A DNA stretch of 32,000 nucleotides from assembly GCF_003966735.1 (NCBI RefSeq), contig NZ_AP017378.1:1848905-1880904 (forward strand), given 5' to 3'. Within the stretch, counting starts at the first letter, position 1; each line of letters starts with the position of its first letter. Below the pieces are notes generated by a model. It did no database searches. It had not been told where the DNA came from and worked only from the letters and a program-made list of their open reading frames with translations. Positions 15,817-23,770 of the stretch are shown piece after piece. Made by a program: the position numbers and the translations under genes. The DNA comes from Desulfovibrio ferrophilus. Lineage in GTDB: Bacteria > Desulfobacterota > Desulfovibrionia > Desulfovibrionales > Desulfovibrionaceae.

Positions 15817-18768
15817 ATGGGGCGAGTACAGACGAAAACCAAAAGCAAAAGCAAGAGCGTAGGCTCCTCCTCCCTGCAGTATGAGACGGTGCCCACCAAA
15901 ACAGCAATACCCGCCGATCAGCCAAGCCTGTTTCCCGATGCCTGCCCCGAACCGGTCATGCGGGTGGATTGCGACGGCCGGATTCAGTACGCCAACGAAG
16001 CCAGCGCGATTATTCTTGAGCATTTCAGTTGCCAGGCTGGCGAAGTTCTCCCCGAGCCGCTGTTCTCCAAGGTCTTCCCGAAGCCTTCCCCCGGCAAATG
16101 CCACAGCTTTGAAGCCCTGTGCCCCAAGGCCGTCTTCGCCCTGACCGTGGTCCCCTTCCCGGAGTACGGCTTCGTGCATGTCTACGGCCTGAACACCAGC
16201 TCACACAAACTTCACACGACCAAGCTACAAATCCGGGACCAGATTCTGGATATGTCCCAGACCGCCGTCCTCGTGACAGACCTCGAATTCCACGTCTGCT
16301 ATACCAACGCCTCCTTCCTCTACATGTGGGGATTCACCCACAAGCGGGAAGTCCATGGGCGCCGTTTCCTTGATTTCTGGGATAACGAAGCCGCCGCGTC
16401 CAAAGTGCTCCAGGCCGTTCGCAAAAAGGAATACTGGGCCGGGGAGTTGATGGCCAAGGGGCATGGCCGCCCTCCCTTCCGCATCCGGGCCTCGGCAATG
16501 CTGGTCAAGGACAAGGCCGATACCCCCCTGTGCATTGCCGGGTCGTTCATGGACATCACCGAACAGGCCCAGATCAACGAGGCCCTGCGCCACAGCGAAG
16601 AAAAATATCGCGCCTTGGTCGAAACCACCAGCGACTGGATATGGGAGGTGGATTACAACGGAGTTTACTCATACGTCAGCCCGAAGGTACAAGACATCCT
16701 GGGCTATCCTCCCGAAATTCTCCTTGGGCAGTCACCGTTCGACTTCATGCCCGTAAAGGAGGCCGCCCGAGTCTCTGCAATTTTCCATGACCACATCTCG
16801 AAACGGAAACCCTTCAAGAATCTCGAAAATACTAACTTGCACAAGGATGGCCGCCACGTGGTTCTCGAAACCAGCGCGGATCCTATTTTTGATCAAGACG
16901 GCAAGTATTTAGGATATAGAGGCATCGACAGGGACATCACCGAACGCAAACGAGCTCAAGAGACTCTCAAACAAATTCGCGACGAACTCGAACAGCGCGT
17001 CAGCGAGCGCACCAGAGAATTCGAAAAAGCACACAAGCGCCTGGAAGAAAGTGAGGCCCGCTACCGTGCGGTGCTTGAAGATCAAACTGAACTCATCTGC
17101 CGCTTCACCCCCGATGGAACGCTGACCTTCGTAAACGACGCTTACTGCCGGTACTTCGGGACGGATCGGGAACAATTGATGGGCAGATACTTCAAACCGC
17201 TCATCCCCGAAGAGGACCGCAAGAAATGCGAATTCCACTTTGCCTCGCTCACCAAGGACTCTCCCGTAGGGCGACTTAAGCACAGGACCATCATGCCCGA
17301 CGGTGAAATCCGCTGGCAACACTGGATCGATAAGGCCATCTTTGATGAGCACGATAGGCTTGTGGAATTTCAATCCGTTGGCCGAGATATCACGGCCAGC
17401 GTCCTCGTAGAACAAACCTTGCGCCGCGCCCACAAAGAGCAAGACAAGTTGCGCAACACTTTGCAAGCGGTCTTCCGTAGCATGTCCGATTCCATCATTA
17501 CCGTGGATCAGGACATGCGCCTGTTGAACAAAAACCAGGCACTGACTTCGCTCTGCACAAGGGCTCCCTACATGATCGAGGGCAAAGACCTCAATGAAGC
17601 CTTTGACAATGACCATCATCCCGCTTGCCTGCGTGTATTGAGCCAAGTATTGGAAACCAAGACCGCTATTCGCGGTTACCGGGCAGAATGCCGTTGCGGC
17701 ACTCGCTGTAACCAGGTCACCATGCTCAACGCCTCGCCCCTCATGACCAGCAACAACCAATTCGCTGGTGCGGTTCTCGTGGTCAGAGACGTCACTCGCC
17801 TAGATGAGCTGGAGAAGCGTCTGGACGAACGCGCCAGCTACCGAAGCATCGTGGGCAAAAGTGAACGAATGCGTGAGATTTACACCATTCTGGACCAACT
17901 CACTGACCTGAAAACAACAGTCCTGGTCATGGGAGATTCAGGGACCGGCAAGGAGCTTATCGTCGAGGCTCTGCACTACGGCAGCACCTGCATCACTGGC
18001 CCTCTGGTCAAGGTTAACTGCGCGGCGCTGGCTGAAAACCTGCTGGAAAGCGAACTCTTCGGCCATGTACGGGGCGCCTTTACCGGCGCAGTCCAGGACC
18101 GTATGGGCCGTTTCCAGGCCGCCGAGGGTGGCACCATCTTCCTGGACGAAATCGGGGATCTGAAGCCCAGTACACAGCTCAAGCTGCTTCGTGTCCTTGA
18201 GAGCAAGGAATATGAACGCGTTGGTGATTCAACCACGCACAAGGCAGATGTCCGGGTCGTTGCAGCCACAAATCGCAACCTCTGGGACCGGGTTCAGGAC
18301 GGGCATTTCCGCAAGGACCTCTATTACCGACTCAAGGTCATGGTCATCAAACTGCCGTCCCTGCGTGATCGAACCGGTGACATCCCATTGCTCACAGAAC
18401 ATTTCCTCGACCACTACCGGACCATCTATGGCAAGGACATCACAGGTGTCACCGGAGAGGTCATGGAGGTCTTCGTCCGCTACTCCTGGCCAGGCAATAT
18501 CCGCGAACTCAAGCATTCCCTGGAACACGCCAGCATTCTCTGTCCAGGGGGCCCCATCACGATGCGCCATCTGCCCGTGGAGTTGCAGACCCAGTTGCTG
18601 CCGGATAAACACAACGTCGACAACGCAACGCTCTGGGATTCTGAACGCGCCAGAATCTCCAAAGCCCTAGAACAGGCCCACTGGAATAAAACAGTTGCCT
18701 CAAAACTGATCGGTATCAGCCGCACCACGCTCTACCGAAAGATGCAGGAACTGGGCATCAAACCTTAG
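15817..18768 (+). CDS. Sigma54-dependent enhancer-binding protein with about five PAS domains, an AAA+ domain and a Fis-type HTH
   Basis: GDSGTGKE Walker A, ESELFGHVRGAFTGA (GAFTGA loop), GGTIFLDEIGDL Walker B, C-terminal SRTTLYRKMQELGI HTH. There are repeated PAS-like blocks (e.g. YRALVETTSDWIWEVD, YRAVLEDQTELICRFTPDG). Start at ATG 15817 is preferred over the ORF-track start. Confidence 0.9.
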   Translation: MGRVQTKTKSKSKSVGSSSLQYETVPTKTAIPADQPSLFPDACPEPVMRVDCDGRIQYANEASAIILEHFSCQAGEVLPEPLFSKVFPKPSPGKCHSFEALCPKAVFALTVVPFPEYGFVHVYGLNTSSHKLHTTKLQIRDQILDMSQTAVLVTDLEFHVCYTNASFLYMWGFTHKREVHGRRFLDFWDNEAAASKVLQAVRKKEYWAGELMAKGHGRPPFRIRASAMLVKDKADTPLCIAGSFMDITEQAQINEALRHSEEKYRALVETTSDWIWEVDYNGVYSYVSPKVQDILGYPPEILLGQSPFDFMPVKEAARVSAIFHDHISKRKPFKNLENTNLHKDGRHVVLETSADPIFDQDGKYLGYRGIDRDITERKRAQETLKQIRDELEQRVSERTREFEKAHKRLEESEARYRAVLEDQTELICRFTPDGTLTFVNDAYCRYFGTDREQLMGRYFKPLIPEEDRKKCEFHFASLTKDSPVGRLKHRTIMPDGEIRWQHWIDKAIFDEHDRLVEFQSVGRDITASVLVEQTLRRAHKEQDKLRNTLQAVFRSMSDSIITVDQDMRLLNKNQALTSLCTRAPYMIEGKDLNEAFDNDHHPACLRVLSQVLETKTAIRGYRAECRCGTRCNQVTMLNASPLMTSNNQFAGAVLVVRDVTRLDELEKRLDERASYRSIVGKSERMREIYTILDQLTDLKTTVLVMGDSGTGKELIVEALHYGSTCITGPLVKVNCAALAENLLESELFGHVRGAFTGAVQDRMGRFQAAEGGTIFLDEIGDLKPSTQLKLLRVLESKEYERVGDSTTHKADVRVVAATNRNLWDRVQDGHFRKDLYYRLKVMVIKLPSLRDRTGDIPLLTEHFLDHYRTIYGKDITGVTGEVMEVFVRYSWPGNIRELKHSLEHASILCPGGPITMRHLPVELQTQLLPDKHNVDNATLWDSERARISKALEQAHWNKTVASKLIGISRTTLYRKMQELGIKP

Positions 18769-18788
18769 TCCCTGCCCCGATCCAGCGC

Positions 18789-18812
18789 ACAGATTGTCAT
18801 GTTACAATCTGT
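18789..18812. promoter_or_regulatory. Candidate enhancer (UAS) inverted repeat ACAGATTGT-N6-ACAATCTGT
   Basis: Perfect 9-bp arms lying 109 nt upstream of the -24 element. A second copy, 19/24 identical, occupies the equivalent position upstream of the second sigma54 promoter (28255-28278). Confidence 0.45.
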
Positions 18813-18920
18813 TTCGCGGCACACTTTAGACCCTTCCATTCGTGACGGGTCTCCCGCTTAGCGACGTACAACCCCCTGAAATCAATCAGATCAAAAACGG
18901 ACCTCGCCAAAGGCCGCAAC

Positions 18921-18936
18921 TGGCCCCCATGTTGCT
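18921..18936 (+). promoter_or_regulatory. Sigma54 (-24/-12) promoter TGGCCC-N5-TTGCT
   Basis: TGGCCCCCATGTTGCT fits TGGCAC-N5-TTGCW with exact GG/GC spacing. It lies 63 nt upstream of ATG 18998 and downstream of a sigma54 EBP gene. Confidence 0.6.
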
Positions 18937-18997
18937 TTCATCAGGACCCATGGAGTGCTCATGGGCAACCTGTCAGCGACATGCGTGGAGGGCGGAC

Positions 18998-20368
18998 ATG
19001 TACCTACAGCAAGCACTGCAGAAACTCGTGATGCCTCTGGCTCTGATGCTGCTCTGGGCAGCACCAATGACTGCGGCAGAAACCAGTCAATGCATCGAAT
19101 GCCACACCACCCCGGAAAAACTCATCAATGCCGTGAGGGAAATCGCCAGAAGTACCGTCGGAGTGCCCAGCGGATCGACCCAATTCGCAGGCGAAGGGTG
19201 AGGTGGTGCGGTGGAGCCGTTGGCTCCGCACGAAAAGGTCTTTGTGGACCGGGCTTTCCTTGAGGATGAAAACCACGGGGAAATCGATTGTCACGACTGC
19301 CACGGGGGCAACCCCGGTGAGCCAGATTTCATTGCGGCCCACGATGGACTGGTGCGCGATCCGACCACCGGCGACGCAACCCGGGTCTGCGGTGATTGCC
19401 ACGAGGAAGTGACCACCATCGCCAAGGGTAGCCTGCATGTTACCCTGAAGCCCTTCCAGCTGATGATCGACTCCCGCAGCGGCAACACCCCCGAGACCAA
19501 GGCCAATGTGGACACTGCCAGAAACGCCCATTGCGGGGCCTGCCACGCCAGTTGCGGACAATGCCATATCAGCCGCCCATCCTATGTGGGGGGAGGATTC
19601 CTGGACGGACACCAGTTCATACGCACCCCCCCCATGCGCGAAGTCTGCACGGCCTGTCACGGCAGCCGGATTGAAAACGAATATTTTGGTAAGAATCAGG
19701 GGTCGCCGCCTGACGTACATTGGCGCAAGCGCTTCTTCCGCTGCATCAAATGCCACACCGGTGAGGAAATGCATGGCGATGGTCAAACCGATGCCGCTCA
19801 CCGCTACGAGGCTCCCAGAGCACCGCGCTGCGAGGACTGCCACCTCTCCATCTACGCCGAGGGTGCCGACAACGCAAAGCAACATCGCACGCATCGGGAA
19901 CAGGTAAGTTGCCAAGTCTGTCACTCCGTGCCTTACAAGAACTGCAGCTCATGCCATGTCGCGCTCGATCGCTATGGCTTCAAGTATTTCAATAACGATG
20001 AAAACTTCCTGGGTTTCAAAATCGGGCTCAACCCCCAGCAAAGCCTTAAGCGCCCCCAAAGATTCGTGACGCTCAGGCATGTCCCCGTGGCCCCGAATCT
20101 GTTCGACTTCTACGTGGAAAACGGACTTGCCGAATTTGATGCCCTACCAACATGGAAGCTGGCCACACCCCACAATATTCGCAGGATCACCCCGCAGAAT
20201 AAGACCTGCAACGCCTGCCACGGCAACAAGGCTCTGTTCCTACTGTCAGGGGATGTATCCGAACCCTACCGACGGGCCAACGCCATGGTCATGGTTCCGG
20301 AAACCGAGATTCCACCCCGGCAGGATGAACAAGCCCTGCTGAGCATCGATCAGGGAGAAACGCCATGA
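18998..20368 (+). CDS. Periplasmic multihaem cytochrome c (about 11 CxxCH) containing an in-frame TGA at 19199-19201 (putative selenocysteine, or else a disrupted gene)
   Basis: Signal peptide MYLQQALQKLVMPLALMLLWAAPMTAA plus CIECH lie before the TGA. Ten more CxxCH motifs follow in the SAME frame (the ORF-track entries 18842-19201 and 19211-20368 are both frame 2). GGAGGG RBS before ATG 18998. Confidence 0.6.
19206..19231 (+). promoter_or_regulatory. SECIS-like hairpin immediately 3' of the in-frame UGA
   Basis: GUGC-[GGU bulge]-GGAGCC-GUU-GGCUCC-GCAC: 4+6 bp, with a bulged U and a GU in the apical loop. The loop G lies 20 nt from the U of the UGA. Confidence 0.4.
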
Positions 20369-20790
20369 AAAGAATAATGACCATTCTCCTGACCCTGACC
20401 CTCTGCACCTGCCTGGCTCAGACAGCCCTGCCCCAAGACCTAACCAAAAAGGATCTGGTGCGTGAAGCCAAGGCCGCCGTCACCCATGTCGACGTCAATC
20501 AGGCCAAACTGATGTGGGACAAGGGCGGGGTCTACTTCATCGACTGCCGCGAAGATAAAGAATTCAGGCAGGGCCACATTGCCGGGGCGCTCACCATCCC
20601 CCGGGGCTGGCTGGAATTCAAGATCGAGGAACTGGTGCCGGAACGCGACGCCAGCATCGTCCTCTACTGTCGTAGCGGGGATCGCAGCAGCCTTGGAGTC
20701 CTGTCGCTTCTCCGCATGGGCTATGGCAGAACCGTTAATCTCATAGGAGGATGGCGAGCCTGGAACAAGGCCGAATATCCGGTCGAATAG
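20365..20790 (+). CDS. Periplasmic single-domain rhodanese (sulfurtransferase)
   Basis: Signal peptide MKRIMTILLTLTLCTCLAQTA. Active-site loop YCRSGDRS. ATGA overlap with the cytochrome stop. Confidence 0.85.
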   Translation: MKRIMTILLTLTLCTCLAQTALPQDLTKKDLVREAKAAVTHVDVNQAKLMWDKGGVYFIDCREDKEFRQGHIAGALTIPRGWLEFKIEELVPERDASIVLYCRSGDRSSLGVLSLLRMGYGRTVNLIGGWRAWNKAEYPVE

Positions 20791-20820
20791 GATAATTCCT
20801 CTGCATTTCGGAGGTGCTAC

Positions 20821-21234
20821 ATGTCCAGATTGTTTGCATTGACGGTTTGCCTACTGGCAGCGCTTCTGATCACGGTAGCGCCTTTGGCCGAAGAACAAAC
20901 CCCTGAACCGAAAGCCGTGACCATGGCCGTGGAATACGGACTGACAAGGGCCCAGATCGCCAGTTTCGACACGGCTCTCTGCGCACGTCTGATCCGCTTC
21001 GGCAAGGTCAGTCTGGCCCGGAAACAACATCTTGAGGCCAAACGATTCTTCTGGAAGGCGATTCTGGTGGAACCTACGTCCAAACTGGCCTGGATGTACT
21101 ACGACCAGGCGGTGCTGTTCACACTGGCCGACCAAGTCGAGCGCTCACCGGGACTGGTGGGGTTGCCCGGGCTGTCCGACGATCAGGAGGCGCAACCGGC
21201 TGCACCGGAACCGGAAGCCGAAGAAGGCTGCTGA
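20821..21234 (+). CDS. Secreted hypothetical protein with a Pro/Glu-rich tail ending in a C-terminal Cys
   Basis: Signal peptide MSRLFALTVCLLAALLITVAPLA, a helical core, and the tail ...DDQEAQPAAPEPEAEEGC-stop. Confidence 0.6.
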   Translation: MSRLFALTVCLLAALLITVAPLAEEQTPEPKAVTMAVEYGLTRAQIASFDTALCARLIRFGKVSLARKQHLEAKRFFWKAILVEPTSKLAWMYYDQAVLFTLADQVERSPGLVGLPGLSDDQEAQPAAPEPEAEEGC

Positions 21235-21255
21235 CCACAAACGGGAGTTGACCCC

Positions 21256-22443
21256 ATGAGCATCCGAGACAGCGAATTCCTGGCAACACTGAAACAGGCT
21301 TATGAACGACTGTTCATCAAAGAGTGGCCCACGGGAGTCGGCGGGATCCTCATCGGATTGATGAGCGTCATCTGTTTCACCTGGGCAAGGCCCTGGGGCG
21401 TGGTCGGCGGGTTGCGCGTCTGGGGCGACTGGTTCTTCCACAGTGTGGGGCTCTACGCCACCCCGCCGCATTCGGCCTGGATCGACACCAACTCCATCAT
21501 CACCATGGGCCTGCTCTGGGGATCATTTGCTGCCTCCCTCATCGCCCGTCAGTTCGGATTCCGCGTGCCACCCAAGCTGGAGATTGCCAAGGGCATTGTC
21601 GGCGGCACCCTGCTGGGCATCGGCGCCGGCTTGGCTGGCGGCTGCAATGTGGGCGGTTTCTATTCCGCCATCAGCGCCCTGTCCCTTTCGGGTTTCGCCA
21701 TGATGGCCGGACTGCTGGGGGGGGCCTGGCTAGGCCTCAAATATCTGTACTGGGAAATGGAACATCTGCCCTCTGGCGGCGGTGCCCAGGCCAAACCCAA
21801 AGAAAGCCGACGTGACTGGAGTCCTATCAAACCGTATCTGGGCTGGCTGGTACTCGCCTTGGGGATTGCCGCCAACGAGGTCTATCGACTCCGGGGCTAC
21901 ACCATTGAGGGAGGCATTCTGCTCTGCGGCATGGCCTTCGGATTCATTCTGGTGCGCAGCCGCTTCTGCTTTGCCAGGGCCTTCCGTGAGCCCTTCATGA
22001 CCGGCGACGCCAAGGTCACCCAGGCCGTGGCCGCAAGCCTGATGATCAGTGTTCTGGGCTTTGCGATCCTCAAATGGTCCGGGATCAGGCCCGAGATGTC
22101 CTATGTCTCCTCCAATTTCGCCCTGGGAGGAATGTTGGGCGGCTTCATCTTCGGCTTCGGCATGCTCATGACCGGAGGCTGCGGCAGCGGCACGGCCTGG
22201 CGCGCCGCCGAAGGTCAGATCAAGCTCATAGTGGCGCTGGTGGTCTTCACCCTCTCCAATTCACTGACCAAAGCAGCTATCAACTCCTCCGAGAGCATCA
22301 AGGCACTGGTGGGAACCCGAGTCTTTCTACCTGACTATCTGGGTTATCGGGGCACGGTCCTGTGCATCTTCCTGGTCCTGGCCCTGTGGTACCTGCTGGC
22401 AGCCTGGAATGAAGCCACTGATAAATTTGTTGTTGAGATGTAA
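21256..22443 (+). CDS. YeeE/YedE-family inner-membrane sulfur-compound (thiosulfate-type) transporter
   Basis: 395 aa, polytopic. Conserved Cys motifs GLAGGCNVGG and TGGCGSGTAWR are typical of YeeE/YedE. Confidence 0.9.
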   Translation: MSIRDSEFLATLKQAYERLFIKEWPTGVGGILIGLMSVICFTWARPWGVVGGLRVWGDWFFHSVGLYATPPHSAWIDTNSIITMGLLWGSFAASLIARQFGFRVPPKLEIAKGIVGGTLLGIGAGLAGGCNVGGFYSAISALSLSGFAMMAGLLGGAWLGLKYLYWEMEHLPSGGGAQAKPKESRRDWSPIKPYLGWLVLALGIAANEVYRLRGYTIEGGILLCGMAFGFILVRSRFCFARAFREPFMTGDAKVTQAVAASLMISVLGFAILKWSGIRPEMSYVSSNFALGGMLGGFIFGFGMLMTGGCGSGTAWRAAEGQIKLIVALVVFTLSNSLTKAAINSSESIKALVGTRVFLPDYLGYRGTVLCIFLVLALWYLLAAWNEATDKFVVEM

Positions 22444-22507
22444 CAGCTGGCGCGGGTCAGCGGGCTCTCCGTCCAACCCCCACCGGCATCCACAACAGGA
22501 GGACACC

Positions 22508-22747
22508 ATGACTGAGAACATCACTCCCGACGAAACCCTGGACTGCCGAGGACTGAGTTGTCCCATGCCCATGCTCAAGCTCAAGAAGGCGTTGAAGAGC
22601 ATGGCTCCGGGCACGGTTCTTGAGATGATGGGGACCGACCCCGGGACCACAAACGACATCGAACTGGGAGCCAAGAAGCAGGGCGGGGAATACCTGGGAA
22701 ACAAGGAAGCGGAAGGGTACATCAGCTACTACATCCGCAAGTCCTAA
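22508..22747 (+). CDS. tusA: TusA-family sulfur carrier
   Basis: LDCRGLSCPMPMLKLKKAL carries the CPxP active-site motif. 79 aa. AGGAGG RBS before ATG 22508. Adjacent to YeeE. Confidence 0.9.
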   Translation: MTENITPDETLDCRGLSCPMPMLKLKKALKSMAPGTVLEMMGTDPGTTNDIELGAKKQGGEYLGNKEAEGYISYYIRKS

Positions 22748-22796
22748 CGGATTGTTCCCCGACGCAGGGAACGTCTGCAACGCATGGAGGTTGGTC

Positions 22797-23105
22797 ATGG
22801 ACAAGAAACTGGGTGTCTACGTTTCGTCCAACGAGCACCTGCCGCAACTCGTCAAACTTTGTCAGGCCGCCAGACGCGCCGATGTGGGCGTGGACATCTT
22901 CTTCAGCCATCTCGGATGCAGCATGATGAAAGACCCGCTGTTCGAAGAACTTCCCAAGGTGGTCAATCGTATGGCCATGTGTCTGGTCTGCTTCGAGGAG
23001 CACGGCGGTGAACGGCCCGTCCCCGGATTCGGAGATAAGGATTACGCAACGCAGGAACGGCATTGCGAGATCATCGATGGCTGCGGCCGATATCTGAGTT
23101 TTTGA
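22797..23105 (+). CDS. DsrE/DsrF-like protein
   Basis: 102 aa. KLGVYVSS start and a ...GCGRYLSF end are typical of the DsrE/F fold family. GGAGG RBS. Position is after tusA. Confidence 0.55.
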   Translation: MDKKLGVYVSSNEHLPQLVKLCQAARRADVGVDIFFSHLGCSMMKDPLFEELPKVVNRMAMCLVCFEEHGGERPVPGFGDKDYATQERHCEIIDGCGRYLSF

Positions 23106-23144
23106 AGCAACTCGCACGCGAACGGTGCCACGGAGGAACGAACA

Positions 23145-23495
23145 ATGGAAAACATCAAGCATGTCGGCATGATCGTACACCGTTTCGAGGATTTGTGGCA
23201 GTGCACGAGATCAGCGTTGGGGTTGGCCGTGGGCAACTACTTCTCCTACATGTTCCTGTTGGATGTGCCGGCAGAAATGAACGAGAAGCTTCAGGAAAAC
23301 TTCGAGTGGCTTGTCGAGGACATGGAGTGCGAATGCTACTCCAACGTCCGGTTCAAGGAGGAACACCTGATCAAGTATCTCACAACGGACGCCATCGCCA
23401 AAAAACTCAAGGAAATGGATATCGTCATTCCCTTCGGCAATCGCATGGAGGCACCCGTGGGCAGGATGCCCATCCTTTGGATGCTGGACAACTAG
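23145..23495 (+). CDS. Conserved hypothetical protein (first small gene after the DsrE-like gene)
   Basis: 116-aa ORF with tight spacing in the operon. No motif recognised. Confidence 0.55.
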   Translation: MENIKHVGMIVHRFEDLWQCTRSALGLAVGNYFSYMFLLDVPAEMNEKLQENFEWLVEDMECECYSNVRFKEEHLIKYLTTDAIAKKLKEMDIVIPFGNRMEAPVGRMPILWMLDN

Positions 23496-23525
23496 GCCGC
23501 CTCGACCGGCCGACCGGGAGGTCGC

Positions 23526-23768
23526 ATGATGACCGAACGCATTGAACAAGACAATCTGGACATCGGGATATGCCCCAGGCGCAAGCGCAAGAAGATGCTG
23601 CACATCCTGAACTCGGTTCCCGATGATACGCAGCGCAAACTCATCAGCACTCTGTCCCTAGGGTACCACACCATGGAGTTCCCCTTGTACGAGGAAAACA
23701 CGGACGGGGACTACGACGAGCTCATCGAACTGATCTTCGAATACGATGAAGTCGTCTCTTGGTGGTAG
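23526..23768 (+). CDS. Conserved hypothetical protein (second small gene), acidic C-terminus
   Basis: 80-aa ORF with a GGGAGG RBS. Its stop lies 2 nt before the next start. Confidence 0.5.
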   Translation: MMTERIEQDNLDIGICPRRKRKKMLHILNSVPDDTQRKLISTLSLGYHTMEFPLYEENTDGDYDELIELIFEYDEVVSWW

Positions 23769-23770
23769 CC

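Noticed and set aside
18789-18812. The palindrome as a rho-independent terminator of the EBP gene
   Set aside because: The stem is AT-rich and only two T residues follow it. A near-identical copy sits at the same distance from a second sigma54 promoter, where no gene end requires it in the same way. An enhancer site is more parsimonious, though a dual role cannot be excluded.
18842-18997. Upstream start (18842) for the cytochrome ORF
   Set aside because: The sigma54 -24/-12 element (18921-18936) lies inside this extension. ATG 18998 has a GGAGGG RBS and begins a proper signal peptide.
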